Shown: positions 44,749 through 53,694, counted from the stretch's first letter. The stretch is DNA of 64,000 bases from Thermobifida alba (GCF_023208015.1 NZ_CP051627.1:3452422-3516421); one strand, 5' to 3'. Notes: a model not told the origin generated them from the sequence alone. Numbers and translations: made by a program.

Positions 44749-46428
44749 TCACGCGGCGGGCTCGAAACTCTCCGTCATCCGGTCCAGCAGCGCCGCTCCG
44801 GTCTGCTCCCAGTCGTCCTCCGGGTACACCAGGAACAGCGCGTAGCCCTTCTTCTCGGTGTGGAAGCCCCGGTTGAGCGCGTGCATCGGACGCCCCCCGC
44901 TGGTGAAGGTGAACTCCCAGTCCGAGGCCGTGAGGTAGCGCTCCATGACCGGATGGTCGGTGTACTCGATCCCGATCAGGCGGTAGTTCGAGAACCGTCC
45001 GGACGCACCCCGCTCCTGGTTCTCCCAGTCCCTCTTCGCGTCGTCGCCGGGCGAGTCGGTCTGGTCGACCTGGAGGTAGCCGCCGTCGGGGTTGCGGAAG
45101 AAGACGCTGCTGCCCCGCCGGTCCACCGACCAGCCCTCCGGGACGTCCAGGGAGAAACCGGTGGGGTCCTCGTGCCGAACCAGCGGCGGACCGGAGTAGT
45201 CGTCCTCCTCGTCGTCCTTCTCGTCCTCCTCGCCGCCGTCCTCCGGCTGCGGCTCCGCATCTGGGTCCGCCGGCTCCGGACGGTCCGTCTCCGCCTCCCC
45301 CGGCTCCCCGGTCCCCTCCTGGGTCTGCGTTCCCGTCTGCTCCCCGCCCGCCCGGCTCCCGCCTGCCGGGGGCACCAGCAGCACCACGGTCGTGATCACC
45401 GCCGCCACCACGACGAGCGCCAGGGCCACCAGGCCGGCGGTCACCAGCCCGCCGCGCCGTCCCCCGCCCTCCGGCACCGTGGCCAGCGGCAGCGAACTGG
45501 TGTCGTCGACGGGCTCCGCGACGACGTCGGCGGCCACCGTGGCCCCCGTCTGGGCGGGACGCGCCCCGGAGGAGGCCGTCGGACTCTGCGGGGGCGCGCT
45601 CAGCACGATCCGCTGCAACTCCTCGACGGCCTCGTGCACCGTGGGGCGCTCCCGCGGGTCCTTGTTGAGCAGCCGCTCCAGCAGTGGCCGCAGCGGCCCC
45701 GCCTGCACCGGCGGGGGCACCTCGTCGACCACGACCGCGGTGAGGGTCGCCATCGGGGTGGCGCGCTGGAACGGCGGGGTCCCGTGGACGGCCGCGTACA
45801 GGGTGGTGCCCAGCGCCCACATGTCCGCGGCCGGGCTGGCCGGCTCCCCCCGGGCCTGCTCGGGGGCGAGGTAGCTGGGCGAGCCCAGCAGGTTCCCGGT
45901 CCGGGTCAGCTTGCTGCTGCCCTCCAGGTAGGCGATGCCGAAGTCGGTGAGCACCGCCCGGTCCCCGCGGGCCACGAGCACGTTGCCGGGCTTGATGTCG
46001 CGGTGCACGATCCCGCGCTGGTGCGCCACCGACAGCGCCGCGGCCACCTGGAGCCCGAGGTTGGCGGCCCGCTCGGGGGTGATGGTCCCCTCCTGCTTGA
46101 TGATCTCGCTGAGGGACCTGCCCTGGACGAGTTCCATGACGATCCACGGAAAACCGTCCTTCTCCACCACGTCGAACACGGTGATGATCGACGGATGGCT
46201 GAGCTGGGCGGCGCTGCGGGCCTCCCGCAGCATCCGGGCGCGCAGGACCTCGATCTCCTGCGGCGGCAGGTGCTCGTTGATGGTGAGTTCCTTGATGGCC
46301 ACCGGCCGGTCCAGGAGTTCGTCGACGCCCTCCCAGACGCGTCCCATCCCTCCCTCGCCGATGAGCCCGTGCAGCCGGTACCGACCGGCGAGAAGGAAAT
46401 CGGGGGGTCGGGGGGAATCATTGCTCAT
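44749..46428 (-). CDS. Hanks-type Ser/Thr protein kinase with single TM helix and extracytoplasmic C-terminal domain.
   Basis: ATG at 46426-46428 (MSNDSPRPPDFLLAGRYRL...). GEGGMGRVW (P-loop), VAIK, HRDIKPGNVLV (catalytic loop), DFG, APE. TM segment LVTAGLVALALVVVAAVITTVVLLV. Acidic linker. Confidence 0.9.
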   Translation of the reverse strand: MSNDSPRPPDFLLAGRYRLHGLIGEGGMGRVWEGVDELLDRPVAIKELTINEHLPPQEIEVLRARMLREARSAAQLSHPSIITVFDVVEKDGFPWIVMELVQGRSLSEIIKQEGTITPERAANLGLQVAAALSVAHQRGIVHRDIKPGNVLVARGDRAVLTDFGIAYLEGSSKLTRTGNLLGSPSYLAPEQARGEPASPAADMWALGTTLYAAVHGTPPFQRATPMATLTAVVVDEVPPPVQAGPLRPLLERLLNKDPRERPTVHEAVEELQRIVLSAPPQSPTASSGARPAQTGATVAADVVAEPVDDTSSLPLATVPEGGGRRGGLVTAGLVALALVVVAAVITTVVLLVPPAGGSRAGGEQTGTQTQEGTGEPGEAETDRPEPADPDAEPQPEDGGEEDEKDDEEDDYSGPPLVRHEDPTGFSLDVPEGWSVDRRGSSVFFRNPDGGYLQVDQTDSPGDDAKRDWENQERGASGRFSNYRLIGIEYTDHPVMERYLTASDWEFTFTSGGRPMHALNRGFHTEKKGYALFLVYPEDDWEQTGAALLDRMTESFEPAA

Positions 46429-46674
46429 CGGCGGCTTCCTCGGTCTGATGCTGGCGCGGCCTACCAATGCGGCGCCCCATCCGGAATTTTAGAAGGATCG
46501 GCCCGTCAACAGCCCCTTCCCGCGGGCGCAATCGCCGCCTCTCCTGCCGCACCGGCCAGAAAACCGAGATGACCTGCGATCTTTCAGGGACAGAACCGAC
46601 ATTGCCGTTTTCGGTTCGCGCGGGTTCGCCTACGGTACCGCGCACCGGAACGTCCCGCCGCATACGATGGCACC

Positions 46675-46995
46675 GTGATTTGTCCTAAGTGCCAAGGCCG
46701 CATGCGCACCTTCGACCGCATGGGCGTCCACATCGACCAGTGCGAACGATGCCGGGGTATCTTCCTCGACGCCGGCGAACTGGAGCAGATCGTCGCCGCC
46801 GAGCAGCGCCACTACACTCCGGCTCCCCCTCCTCCCCCGCCCCACGGCGCGCCGCCGCCGGTGTACCACCCCCGGCCGGACTCGCCGCACCCCTACGGCT
46901 ACGCCGACTCGCCCCGCCCCTACTACGGCGACTCCCCTCGCCCCTACGGGTACAAGCGGCGTCGCAAGAGCTTCCTTGAGGAACTGTTCGACTAG
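46675..46995 (+). CDS. Zinc-ribbon (TFIIB-type, CxxC..CxxC) domain protein with Pro/Tyr-rich C-terminal tail.
   Basis: MICPKCQGRMRTFDRMGVHIDQCERCRGIFLDAGELEQIV... Four Cys in a CPxC...CxxC arrangement. GTG start. 10 bp upstream of the next gene. Confidence 0.7.
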   Translation: MICPKCQGRMRTFDRMGVHIDQCERCRGIFLDAGELEQIVAAEQRHYTPAPPPPPPHGAPPPVYHPRPDSPHPYGYADSPRPYYGDSPRPYGYKRRRKSFLEELFD

Positions 46996-47004
46996 ACCCC
47001 GGCC

Positions 47005-47640
47005 GTGAACCTGTTGATCTGTGCGCGCTGCGGCGCGTACACGGACACTCCCGTGGTCGAACCGGACGGGCCGGTGCTCCGCTGCGTCGAGTGCGGGCAC
47101 CGGCAGCCGTTCCGGCGGCTCCCACTGTTCTCCGTGGCCGGCCCCAGCGGCACCGGCAAGTCCACGGTCGGACGGCTGCTGACCGAGTGGCTGTCCGACC
47201 GCTACGTGGTGGTGGAGCAGGACGTCCTGTGGGTGGGCGGCCTGCGCGACCCCTCCCACCACCACCGGCTGTTCCGGTCGACGTGGCTGCGGATGGCCGC
47301 GATGCTCCACCAGAGCGGCCGTCCCGTGGTGCTGTGCGGCACGGTCGTCCCCCCGGAGTTCGAGCCGCTGCCGGAACGCGCGCTGTTCTCCGAGATCCGC
47401 TACCTGTCCCTGATGTGCGACCCCGACGTGCTGGCCGAACGGCTGCGGGCCCGCCCCGCCTGGCGGGAGTGGGACGAGCCGCGCATCGCGGAGATGCTGG
47501 AGTACGCGGAGTGGATCCGGGAGAACGCCGCGACGATGTCTCCGCCGATGACGCTGCTGGACACCACGCACGCCGCGGTGGAGGAGACCGCGCAGGCCGT
47601 CCACGCCTGGATCACGGGGGAGTCGCGTCCGCCGCGCTGA
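47005..47640 (+). CDS. Zn-ribbon + P-loop NTPase (AAA_33/nucleoside-kinase-like) protein.
   Basis: N-terminal CARC...CVEC. Walker A VAGPSGTGKSTVGRLL. Confidence 0.75.
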   Translation: MNLLICARCGAYTDTPVVEPDGPVLRCVECGHRQPFRRLPLFSVAGPSGTGKSTVGRLLTEWLSDRYVVVEQDVLWVGGLRDPSHHHRLFRSTWLRMAAMLHQSGRPVVLCGTVVPPEFEPLPERALFSEIRYLSLMCDPDVLAERLRARPAWREWDEPRIAEMLEYAEWIRENAATMSPPMTLLDTTHAAVEETAQAVHAWITGESRPPR

Positions 47641-47682
47641 CACCGCGGAGGGGGACACGTGCCTCCCTCGCCCCCGGGACGT

Positions 47683-47708
47683 GGGGCGCGGAAGGGGTTC
47701 CGCGCCCC
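47683..47708. terminator. Bidirectional terminator-like hairpin GGGGCGCGGAA-gggg-TTCCGCGCCCC (11-bp stem) between convergent P-loop and copA genes.
   Basis: Perfect inverted repeat in the 80-bp convergent intergenic region. Confidence 0.55.
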
Positions 47709-47720
47709 GGGGCCGGCGGC

Positions 47721-49979
47721 TCAGTCCGCGGCGGACGGCCGGAAGCCGCGGAGCCGCAGGCTGTTGCTGACCACGAAGACGCTGGAGAACGCCATGGCCG
47801 CGCCCGCGATCATCGGGTTGAGCAGACCGGCGGCGGCCAGCGGCAGCGCGGCCACGTTGTAGGCGAAGGCCCAGAACAGGTTGCCCTTGATGACGGCCAG
47901 GGTGCGCCGCGACAGCCGGATGGCGTCGGCGGCCACCCGCAGGTCGCCGCGGACCAGGGTGAGGTCGGCGGCCTCGATGGCGGCGTCGGTGCCGGTGCCC
48001 ATCGCCAGTCCCAGGTCGGCCTGGGCGAGGGCGGCGGCGTCGTTGACGCCGTCGCCGACCATCGCCACCGTGCGGCCCTCGTCCTGGAGCCGTTTGACCA
48101 CGTCGACCTTGTCGGCGGGCAGCACCTCGGCGATGACCTCGGCGATGCCGACCCGGTCGGCGACCGTGCGCGCCACCGCCGCGTTGTCGCCGGTGAGCAG
48201 GATCGGGGTCAGGCCCAGCCGGCGCAGGCGGGCCACCGCCTCGGCGCTGGTGGGTTTGACCGCGTCGGCGACGGTGAGCACTCCGCGCGCCTTCCCGTCC
48301 CAGGCGACCGCGACGGCGGTGTGTCCCGCCGCCTCCGCCTCCGCGCCGACCCGCGCCAGCTCCTCGGGCAGGCTCAGCGACCACTCGTCGAGCAGGGCGG
48401 CCCGTCCGACGACGACCGCGTGGCCGTCGACCACGCCCCGCACCCCCAGACCGGCGGTGCTGGCGAAGTCGGCCACCGGCGGCAGGTCGCCGAACCGGTC
48501 GGCGGCGCCGCGGGCGACGGCCCGGGCGACGGGGTGCTCGGAGGCGTGCTCCACGGCTCCGGCCAGGCGCAGCACCTCGTCGGCGTCCTCGCCGTCGGCG
48601 GCGACCACGTCGACGAGGGTCATGGTGCCGGTGGTGACGGTGCCGGTCTTGTCGAGCACGACCGTGTCGACGCGGCGGGTGTCCTCCAGCACCTCGGGGC
48701 CCCTGATGAGGATGCCGAGCTGGGCGCCGCGGCCGGTGCCCACGAGCAGCGCGGTGGGGGTGGCCAGGCCCAGCGCGCACGGGCAGGCGATGATGAGCAC
48801 CGCGACCGCGGCGGTGAACGCCGCCTCCACCGGCCCCCCGAGGCCCAGCCAGAATCCGAGCGTGGCCGCGGCCAGCGCGATCACGGCGGGCACGAACACG
48901 CCGGAGATCCGGTCGGCGAGCCGCTGCACCTCGGCCTTGCCGCTCTGCGCCTCCTCCACCAGCTTCGCCATCCGCGCGAGCTGGGTGTCGGCGCCCACGC
49001 GGGTGGCGCGCACCACGATCCGGCCCCCGGCGTTGACGGTGGCGCCCGTCACCGGGTCGCCGACGCCGACCTCGACCGGCACGGACTCGCCGGTGAGCAT
49101 GCTCGCGTCGACCGCGGAGGCGCCCTCCTCCACCACGCCGTCGGTGGCGATCTTCTCGCCGGGCCGCACCACGAAGCGGTCGCCGACCGCGAGCCGGTCG
49201 GCCGGGACGCGCGTCTCCCGGCCGTCGCGCAGGACCGTGACCTCCTTGGCGCCCAGTTCCAGCAGGGCGCGCAGGGCGGCTCCGGCGCGCCGCTTGGAGC
49301 GGGCCTCGAAGTAGCGTCCGGCCAGGATGAAGGTGGTGACTCCGGCGGCGACCTCCAGGTAGATGTTGGCGGAGCCGTCGGTGCGGGCGATGGTGAGCTC
49401 GAACGGGTGCGTCATACCGGGCATGCCCGCGTCGCCGAGGAACAGCGCGTACAGCGACCAGGCGAAGGCGGCCAGGGTCCCCAGGGACACCAGCGTGTCC
49501 ATGGTGGCCTCGCCCAGTCTCAGGTTCTTCCACGCGGCGACGTGGAACGGCAGCGCGCCCCACACCACGACCGGCGCGGCCAGGGTGAGGGAGGCCCACT
49601 GCCAGTAGGTGAACTGCAGCGCCGGGACCATCGCCAGGGCGATGACCGGGACCGACAGCACCGCGCTGACGAGGAGCCGGGTGCGCAGCGCGGCCACCGG
49701 GTCGGCCTGCGGCGGCGGTCCGCTCTCCTCCGTCGGGGGCGGTTCGGGCAGGGCCGCGGTGTACCCGGCCTTCTCGACCGTGGCGATCAGGTCGTCGGTG
49801 GTCACGCCGTCGCCGAACTCCACCGACGCCTTCTCGGTGGCGTAGTTGACGCTGGCGCGGACCCCGTCGAGCTTGTTGAGTTTGCGTTCGACCCGGTTGG
49901 CGCACGACGCGCAGGTCATCCCGCCGATGAGGAGTTCGACCCGCTCGACGCCGCGGCGCTGTGTGGTGTCGTCGCTCAT
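47721..49979 (-). CDS. copA: Copper-translocating P1B-type ATPase (CopA-like), 752 aa.
   Basis: ATG at 49977-49979 with AGGAGA RBS. HMA domain [15 protein letters not shown] motif ([13 protein letters not shown]), DKTGT phosphorylation site, [10 protein letters not shown]. The track ORF starts further upstream at an artefactual start. Confidence 0.95.
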   Translation of the reverse strand: MSDDTTQRRGVERVELLIGGMTCASCANRVERKLNKLDGVRASVNYATEKASVEFGDGVTTDDLIATVEKAGYTAALPEPPPTEESGPPPQADPVAALRTRLLVSAVLSVPVIALAMVPALQFTYWQWASLTLAAPVVVWGALPFHVAAWKNLRLGEATMDTLVSLGTLAAFAWSLYALFLGDAGMPGMTHPFELTIARTDGSANIYLEVAAGVTTFILAGRYFEARSKRRAGAALRALLELGAKEVTVLRDGRETRVPADRLAVGDRFVVRPGEKIATDGVVEEGASAVDASMLTGESVPVEVGVGDPVTGATVNAGGRIVVRATRVGADTQLARMAKLVEEAQSGKAEVQRLADRISGVFVPAVIALAAATLGFWLGLGGPVEAAFTAAVAVLIIACPCALGLATPTALLVGTGRGAQLGILIRGPEVLEDTRRVDTVVLDKTGTVTTGTMTLVDVVAADGEDADEVLRLAGAVEHASEHPVARAVARGAADRFGDLPPVADFASTAGLGVRGVVDGHAVVVGRAALLDEWSLSLPEELARVGAEAEAAGHTAVAVAWDGKARGVLTVADAVKPTSAEAVARLRRLGLTPILLTGDNAAVARTVADRVGIAEVIAEVLPADKVDVVKRLQDEGRTVAMVGDGVNDAAALAQADLGLAMGTGTDAAIEAADLTLVRGDLRVAADAIRLSRRTLAVIKGNLFWAFAYNVAALPLAAAGLLNPMIAGAAMAFSSVFVVSNSLRLRGFRPSAAD

Positions 49980-50116
49980 CTGCTCTCCTGCTCCCGCACG
50001 GCCGCGGGCGCGCTCCCGGCCTCGGCGGAGCCGACCAGCGTCCCCGCCCAGAAGGCGACTCCGAACACGGCCGCGAGAACCAGCCCGTAGATTCCGAGTC
50101 TGCGCAGCACGCTCAC
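49976..50116 (-). CDS. Small hydrophobic ORF (~46 aa) translationally coupled to copA by ATGA stop/start overlap. Hypothetical.
   Basis: Reverse-strand GTG at 50114-50116 preceded by [50 protein letters not shown]. Its TGA overlaps the copA ATG. Codon usage consistent with the genome, but it is short. Confidence 0.4.
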   Translation of the reverse strand: MSVLRRLGIYGLVLAAVFGVAFWAGTLVGSAEAGSAPAAVREQESR

Positions 50117-50164
50117 GGTCGGCTGCTCCGGTGTCGACGGCATTCGCTACCACCCCCGAGAACC

Positions 50165-50185
50165 AATATACCCCCGTGGGGTATT
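50165..50185. promoter_or_regulatory. CsoR-type operator-like GC-rich inverted repeat AATATACCCC-CGT-GGGGTATT ~50 bp upstream of the small-ORF/copA operon.
   Basis: ATACCCC / GGGGTAT arms are exact reverse complements. Overlaps a TATATT -10-like element on the minus strand. The form matches copper-sensitive operon repressor operators described in Firmicutes/Streptomyces. Confidence 0.5.
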
Positions 50186-50380
50186 CCGTCGCGCGGGGCC
50201 TCCGGGGGACGGGCCCCCGTCCGGGGCGGCCGAGAGGGCGCCGAACGCCCCCTCCCCGCCGGTCCTCCGCGGCGTGCCGCCTCCGGCCTCCCGAACGCTT
50301 CCCGCCACCGGTTCGGAACTCTGTGCGACTCCGGGCCATCGGAAGGGTAGAGGGGAACGGGCCGCGGAGGAGGAGGCGCG

Positions 50381-50566
50381 ATGGAGCAGAGGCAGTCGAT
50401 TCCGCTGGGCCTGGGCATCGGAACCGGTATGGGCATCGCCCTGGGCAGCGTGGTGGGCCTGGTGCTCGGTGTGGTCCCCGTGGGCATCGGGGTCGGTTTC
50501 GCCGCCGGGGCGAGCACCGGGATCCTCCTCGGCGTGCTGTGCGGCAGGCGCGGGACCGAGGTGTGA
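50381..50566 (+). CDS. Small glycine-zipper membrane protein (61 aa).
   Basis: Strong [14 protein letters not shown] before the ATG. GxxxG-rich ([43 protein letters not shown]). Confidence 0.7.
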   Translation: MEQRQSIPLGLGIGTGMGIALGSVVGLVLGVVPVGIGVGFAAGASTGILLGVLCGRRGTEV

Positions 50567-50622
50567 GCCCCCGGCATGCCTCCGGAGCCCGTGCTCTTTG
50601 AGTCGGGACACGGCCACCGAAT

Positions 50623-51222
50623 GTGATTAGATGGGCGAAAATTAAGAAAGGGTGCATATGGGAGAAGCCCCACACCAACGTCCCAGCCCCGTCCTTCGAC
50701 ATCGTGCTGCGCGGCTACGACCGCGCCCAGGTGGACCAGTTCGTCGCGCTCCTGCGCGCCGCGGACGGCGACACCTCGGCCCTTCCCGACGGCCACCGTC
50801 CCCCGTCCTTCGACATCGTGCTGCGCGGCTACGACCGCGCTCAGGTGGACCAGTGGATCGCCGAGGCCACGGGCGAGTCCGCGCCCTCGGCCCCCGCCCC
50901 CGCCCGGGAGGGCGTGCGGCTGCCCGGAACATACGCGGCTCCCGCGTTCGACGTGGTGCTGCGCGGCTACGACCGCACCCGGGTCGACCCGGTGGTCCGG
51001 CGCGTCGTCGCGACCCTCGCCCGCGACGGCTCCGCCAAGCCCGTCACCCGCGTGGAGATCGCGGCCGCGGCCTTCCGCCGGGCCCTGTTCGGCTACGACC
51101 GCGACCAGGTGGACGCCTGGCTCCGGGAGATCGCCCCCGCCTCCCCGACTAGCGGCGCCTTCCGGGGAACCGGACCTCCGCCGCGGCCGTCGGAGAGGAG
51201 AGGCGACACGGAAGGCGACTGA
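50623..51222 (+). CDS. DivIVA-domain repeat protein (four tandem F-x4-RGYD-x3-VD-x-[FW] modules).
   Basis: Repeats [19 protein letters not shown] / [19 protein letters not shown] / [19 protein letters not shown] / [16 protein letters not shown]. Only an in-frame ATG at 50623 precedes the first repeat. The first 20 codons are unusually AT-rich ([10 protein letters not shown]...). Confidence 0.7.
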   Translation: MIRWAKIKKGCIWEKPHTNVPAPSFDIVLRGYDRAQVDQFVALLRAADGDTSALPDGHRPPSFDIVLRGYDRAQVDQWIAEATGESAPSAPAPAREGVRLPGTYAAPAFDVVLRGYDRTRVDPVVRRVVATLARDGSAKPVTRVEIAAAAFRRALFGYDRDQVDAWLREIAPASPTSGAFRGTGPPPRPSERRGDTEGD

Positions 51223-51422
51223 TGTCCGCACAGAACAACGGCACGGCAGTGGGAGCGGGTTTGGGGCTCGCCATCGGCATGGGTCTCGGCGTGGCCCTGG
51301 GGGTGGCGCTCGACAACATCGCCCTGGGCCTCGGCATCGGCATCGGCATGGGCGCCGGCATCGGCGCCGGCCTGGGAGTCGGGCTCACCCGGAAGAACGG
51401 AGAACGCGACTCCGGGGACTGA
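51222..51422 (+). CDS. Small glycine-zipper membrane protein (66 aa). Paralog of 50381..50566. Start overlaps the upstream stop (TGATG).
   Basis: [55 protein letters not shown]... Confidence 0.7.
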   Translation: MSAQNNGTAVGAGLGLAIGMGLGVALGVALDNIALGLGIGIGMGAGIGAGLGVGLTRKNGERDSGD

Positions 51423-51569
51423 CCCGAGGCGTCGGCGGCCGGTCCGCGCGAGCGCCGGCCGGGCGGAGCGGCCGCCGGGGCGCCTTCCCGCCCCGGGCCC
51501 GGTGGGATCGCGGGCCGGGAAGCACGGACACGGCGGTCGCCGGCGGGGGAGCGCTGTTCGGGTACACGG

Positions 51570-51602
51570 AAAAGCCCGGGACCGCGAGGGTTCCGGGCTT
51601 TG
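51570..51602 (-). terminator. Intrinsic-terminator-like hairpin downstream of the minus-strand tRNA cluster (AGCCCGGGACC-gcga-GGTTCCGGGCT followed by a T-run on the minus strand).
   Basis: aaaagcccgggaccgcgagggttccgggctttg. GC stem with a 4-U tail on the reverse strand. ~17 bp downstream of the tRNA-Phe 3' end. Confidence 0.5.
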
Positions 51603-51618
51603 ACGATGTCCGTCGAAG

Positions 51619-51692
51619 TGGCCAGGGGCGGGGTCGAACCGCCGACCTTCCGCTTTTCAGGCGGACGCTCGTACCAACTGAGCTACCTGGCC
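51619..51692 (-). tRNA. tRNA-Phe (anticodon GAA).
   Basis: Reverse complement GGCCAGGTAGCTCAGTTGGTACGAGCGTCCGCCTGAAAAGCGGAAGGTCGGCGGTTCGACCCCGCCCCTGGCCA. Canonical cloverleaf, T-loop GGTTCGA. CCA not encoded. Confidence 0.95.
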
Positions 51693-51718
51693 CCAGCCAC
51701 ACTCTACCGTGAGCCGAG

Positions 51719-51793
51719 CGGTCCTGACGGGATTTGAACCCGCGGCCTCCACCTTGACAGGGTGGCGAGCACTCCAAACTGCTCCACAGGACC
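51719..51793 (-). tRNA. tRNA-Asp (anticodon GTC).
   Basis: Reverse complement GGTCCTGTGGAGCAGTTTGGAGTGCTCGCCACCCTGTCAAGGTGGAGGCCGCGGGTTCAAATCCCGTCAGGACCG. Confidence 0.95.
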
Positions 51794-51903
51794 TTGTATT
51801 CTTTTGTCCGCTTTGTCCGCGTCTTTCCTGATTCTATCAGGCTTTCCGCGTCCTCCGCGTGGTCTTCATTCTGCCAGACCTCGGCAGTACTTCAGACCGT
51901 TCG

Positions 51904-51976
51904 TACCCCCAACGGGATTCGAACCCGCGTTACCGCCTTGAAAGGGCGGCGTCCTAGGCCACTAGACGATGGGGGC
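51904..51976 (-). tRNA. tRNA-Glu (anticodon TTC).
   Basis: Reverse complement GCCCCCATCGTCTAGTGGCCTAGGACGCCGCCCTTTCAAGGCGGTAACGCGGGTTCGAATCCCGTTGGGGGTA. Confidence 0.95.
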
Positions 51977-52080
51977 CTCGACGACGACCGAGTCGTCACA
52001 ATCCCGTTCCGCCTGCCGTCGGGGACGGGTTAAGCATAGGGGACATCGGGACCAAGTGCCAAAGCGGTTTCCCCGGCAGG

Positions 52081-53694
52081 TCACTGCGGCGGCCCCGAGA
52101 CCGTGGGAGACGGCGCGGGGGTGGGCGACCCGGTGGGCGTGGGAGTGCGCGCGACCGTCTCCAGCGGCCCCGGCGTCTCCTCCGCCGGGGTGACCTCCCG
52201 GTCCGGATCGCTCTCCAGGTGCCGCTCGATCTGCGCCGAACTCAGCCCCAGACCGCCCAGGGTGATGTCGTCCCACGCCTGCAGCCGCTTGGTCTCGGCG
52301 TCGAAGTACAGCACCGACGCCTGGTACGGGGTGGGCTCGTCGTGCTCCAGGCCCCGCAGCCCCGCGCCGCCCGTGGACCCCTGCACGAAGATCCGGGTGC
52401 CGGTCTCGCGCACCTCGGTCCAGCGGTCGTGGCCGTGTCCGGACAGCACCAGCGGCACCACCCCGCTGAACCCCTCCCCCTGCAGCGGATCGTGCAGCAC
52501 CGCCACGTCCACCGGCGGGTCGGCCTCCGCCACACCGCGCGCCTGCTCCACGCCGAGCGCCGCGACCTCCTCGTTGGTCGGGTTCTCCAGCGCCTTGTCC
52601 GGGGTGAACCGGGGATCGCCCGCACCGTAGAAGCGCAGCCCCGCCACCTCGACGATGTCGTCGTCGAGCACCACCGCGTTGGGCTGGGCCGCGACCGCGC
52701 GCTGGGTGCCCATCGAGTCGTGGTTGCCGCGCACCCACACGTAGGGGACGTCCAGCTCGGCGATCCGGTCCATGAAGACGTCCTCGGCGGCGCTGCCGCG
52801 GTCGCTGATGTCCCCGGAGTCGACCACCGCGGCCACCTGGAACTGCTCCACCAGGGAGCCGATGACCTCCCACGCGGCCGGATTGAGGTGCAGGTCCGAG
52901 ACGTGCAGCACCCGGATGGTGGCGGCGTCCTCCTCGTAGACGGGCAGCGCCGACGTCACCTGGTACAGCTGCGAGACGTTGCCGACCAGGCCCGCCAGCT
53001 GCGCCTGGTACTCGGAGAAGTGGTTGATCACGTCCTCCGCGCTGCCCACCACCTGCGGGGCGCCGGCGAGCAGGCCGGTGTAGCGGGGCTCCGCGATCGC
53101 CCCCGGGTTGAAGGTGAGGTATGTCACCCCGCCGGCCGTGGCCAGCATCACCAGCGCGGTGAGGGCGCTCCCCAGGGAACGCAGCCAACTGCGGAAGAGC
53201 AGCAGCGACACCAGGGCCGCGGTGCCGACCGAGAACAGCACGGCCCGCCACGCCAGGGCGACGACCCCCCGCTTCAGGTCCGCGACGATGCTCGCGCCGA
53301 GCCGGTTGATCGAGTCCGGGTTCTGGAACATCTCCTCGGCCGCGGCGAGCCGGATCTCGGCGATCGTGGCCTCGAACCGCAGCGGCGCGGCGTGCGTGTC
53401 GAAGGCGAGTTTGCCGAGCGGGGCGATGTTGATGACGGTCTCGCCGCGCCACGACGGGCTGACGCCCAGGTTGACGTCCGCCGGGCCGATGGGGGTGAGC
53501 ACCTGGCCGCCCACGGCCAGGCCGACCCACCCCCCGGCGATCCCGGCGAGGACGACCGCCGCGACCCGCCAGAACCGGCCCCGGCGCAGCCGCGCGAACC
53601 GGTCCCGCTGCCTCCGCCACGCCTCCGGCCGGAAGGCCGACCCGATCCGGGCCAGGACCGCTCGCCGCTCCACAGCGTCGCCTCCCAAGGTCAC
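52081..53694 (-). CDS. Membrane-anchored metallophosphoesterase (calcineurin-like phosphoesterase).
   Basis: Start assigned to GTG at 53692-53694 with GGGAG RBS. The track ORF extends further upstream, to 53820, and would overlap the divergent gene. N-terminal TM helices. Metallophos motifs (VLHVSDLH, GDISDRGS, GNHD, GHGH). Confidence 0.8.
   Translation of the reverse strand: MTLGGDAVERRAVLARIGSAFRPEAWRRQRDRFARLRRGRFWRVAAVVLAGIAGGWVGLAVGGQVLTPIGPADVNLGVSPSWRGETVINIAPLGKLAFDTHAAPLRFEATIAEIRLAAAEEMFQNPDSINRLGASIVADLKRGVVALAWRAVLFSVGTAALVSLLLFRSWLRSLGSALTALVMLATAGGVTYLTFNPGAIAEPRYTGLLAGAPQVVGSAEDVINHFSEYQAQLAGLVGNVSQLYQVTSALPVYEEDAATIRVLHVSDLHLNPAAWEVIGSLVEQFQVAAVVDSGDISDRGSAAEDVFMDRIAELDVPYVWVRGNHDSMGTQRAVAAQPNAVVLDDDIVEVAGLRFYGAGDPRFTPDKALENPTNEEVAALGVEQARGVAEADPPVDVAVLHDPLQGEGFSGVVPLVLSGHGHDRWTEVRETGTRIFVQGSTGGAGLRGLEHDEPTPYQASVLYFDAETKRLQAWDDITLGGLGLSSAQIERHLESDPDREVTPAEETPGPLETVARTPTPTGSPTPAPSPTVSGPPQ

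Noticed and set aside
44328-44876. 182-aa '+' ORF downstream of the consensus promoter
   Set aside because: Pro/Ser/Gly/Arg-rich with no hydrophobic core or motifs. It overlaps the kinase gene 3' end. The promoter more likely drives a non-coding transcript.
46630-50702. ORFs 46630..49905 (-), 47091..50090 (+), and the 5' extension of the copA track ORF to 50702
   Set aside because: Shadow or extension frames with nonsense composition. copA starts at the ATG at 49977-49979 (AGGAGA RBS, HMA domain follows immediately).
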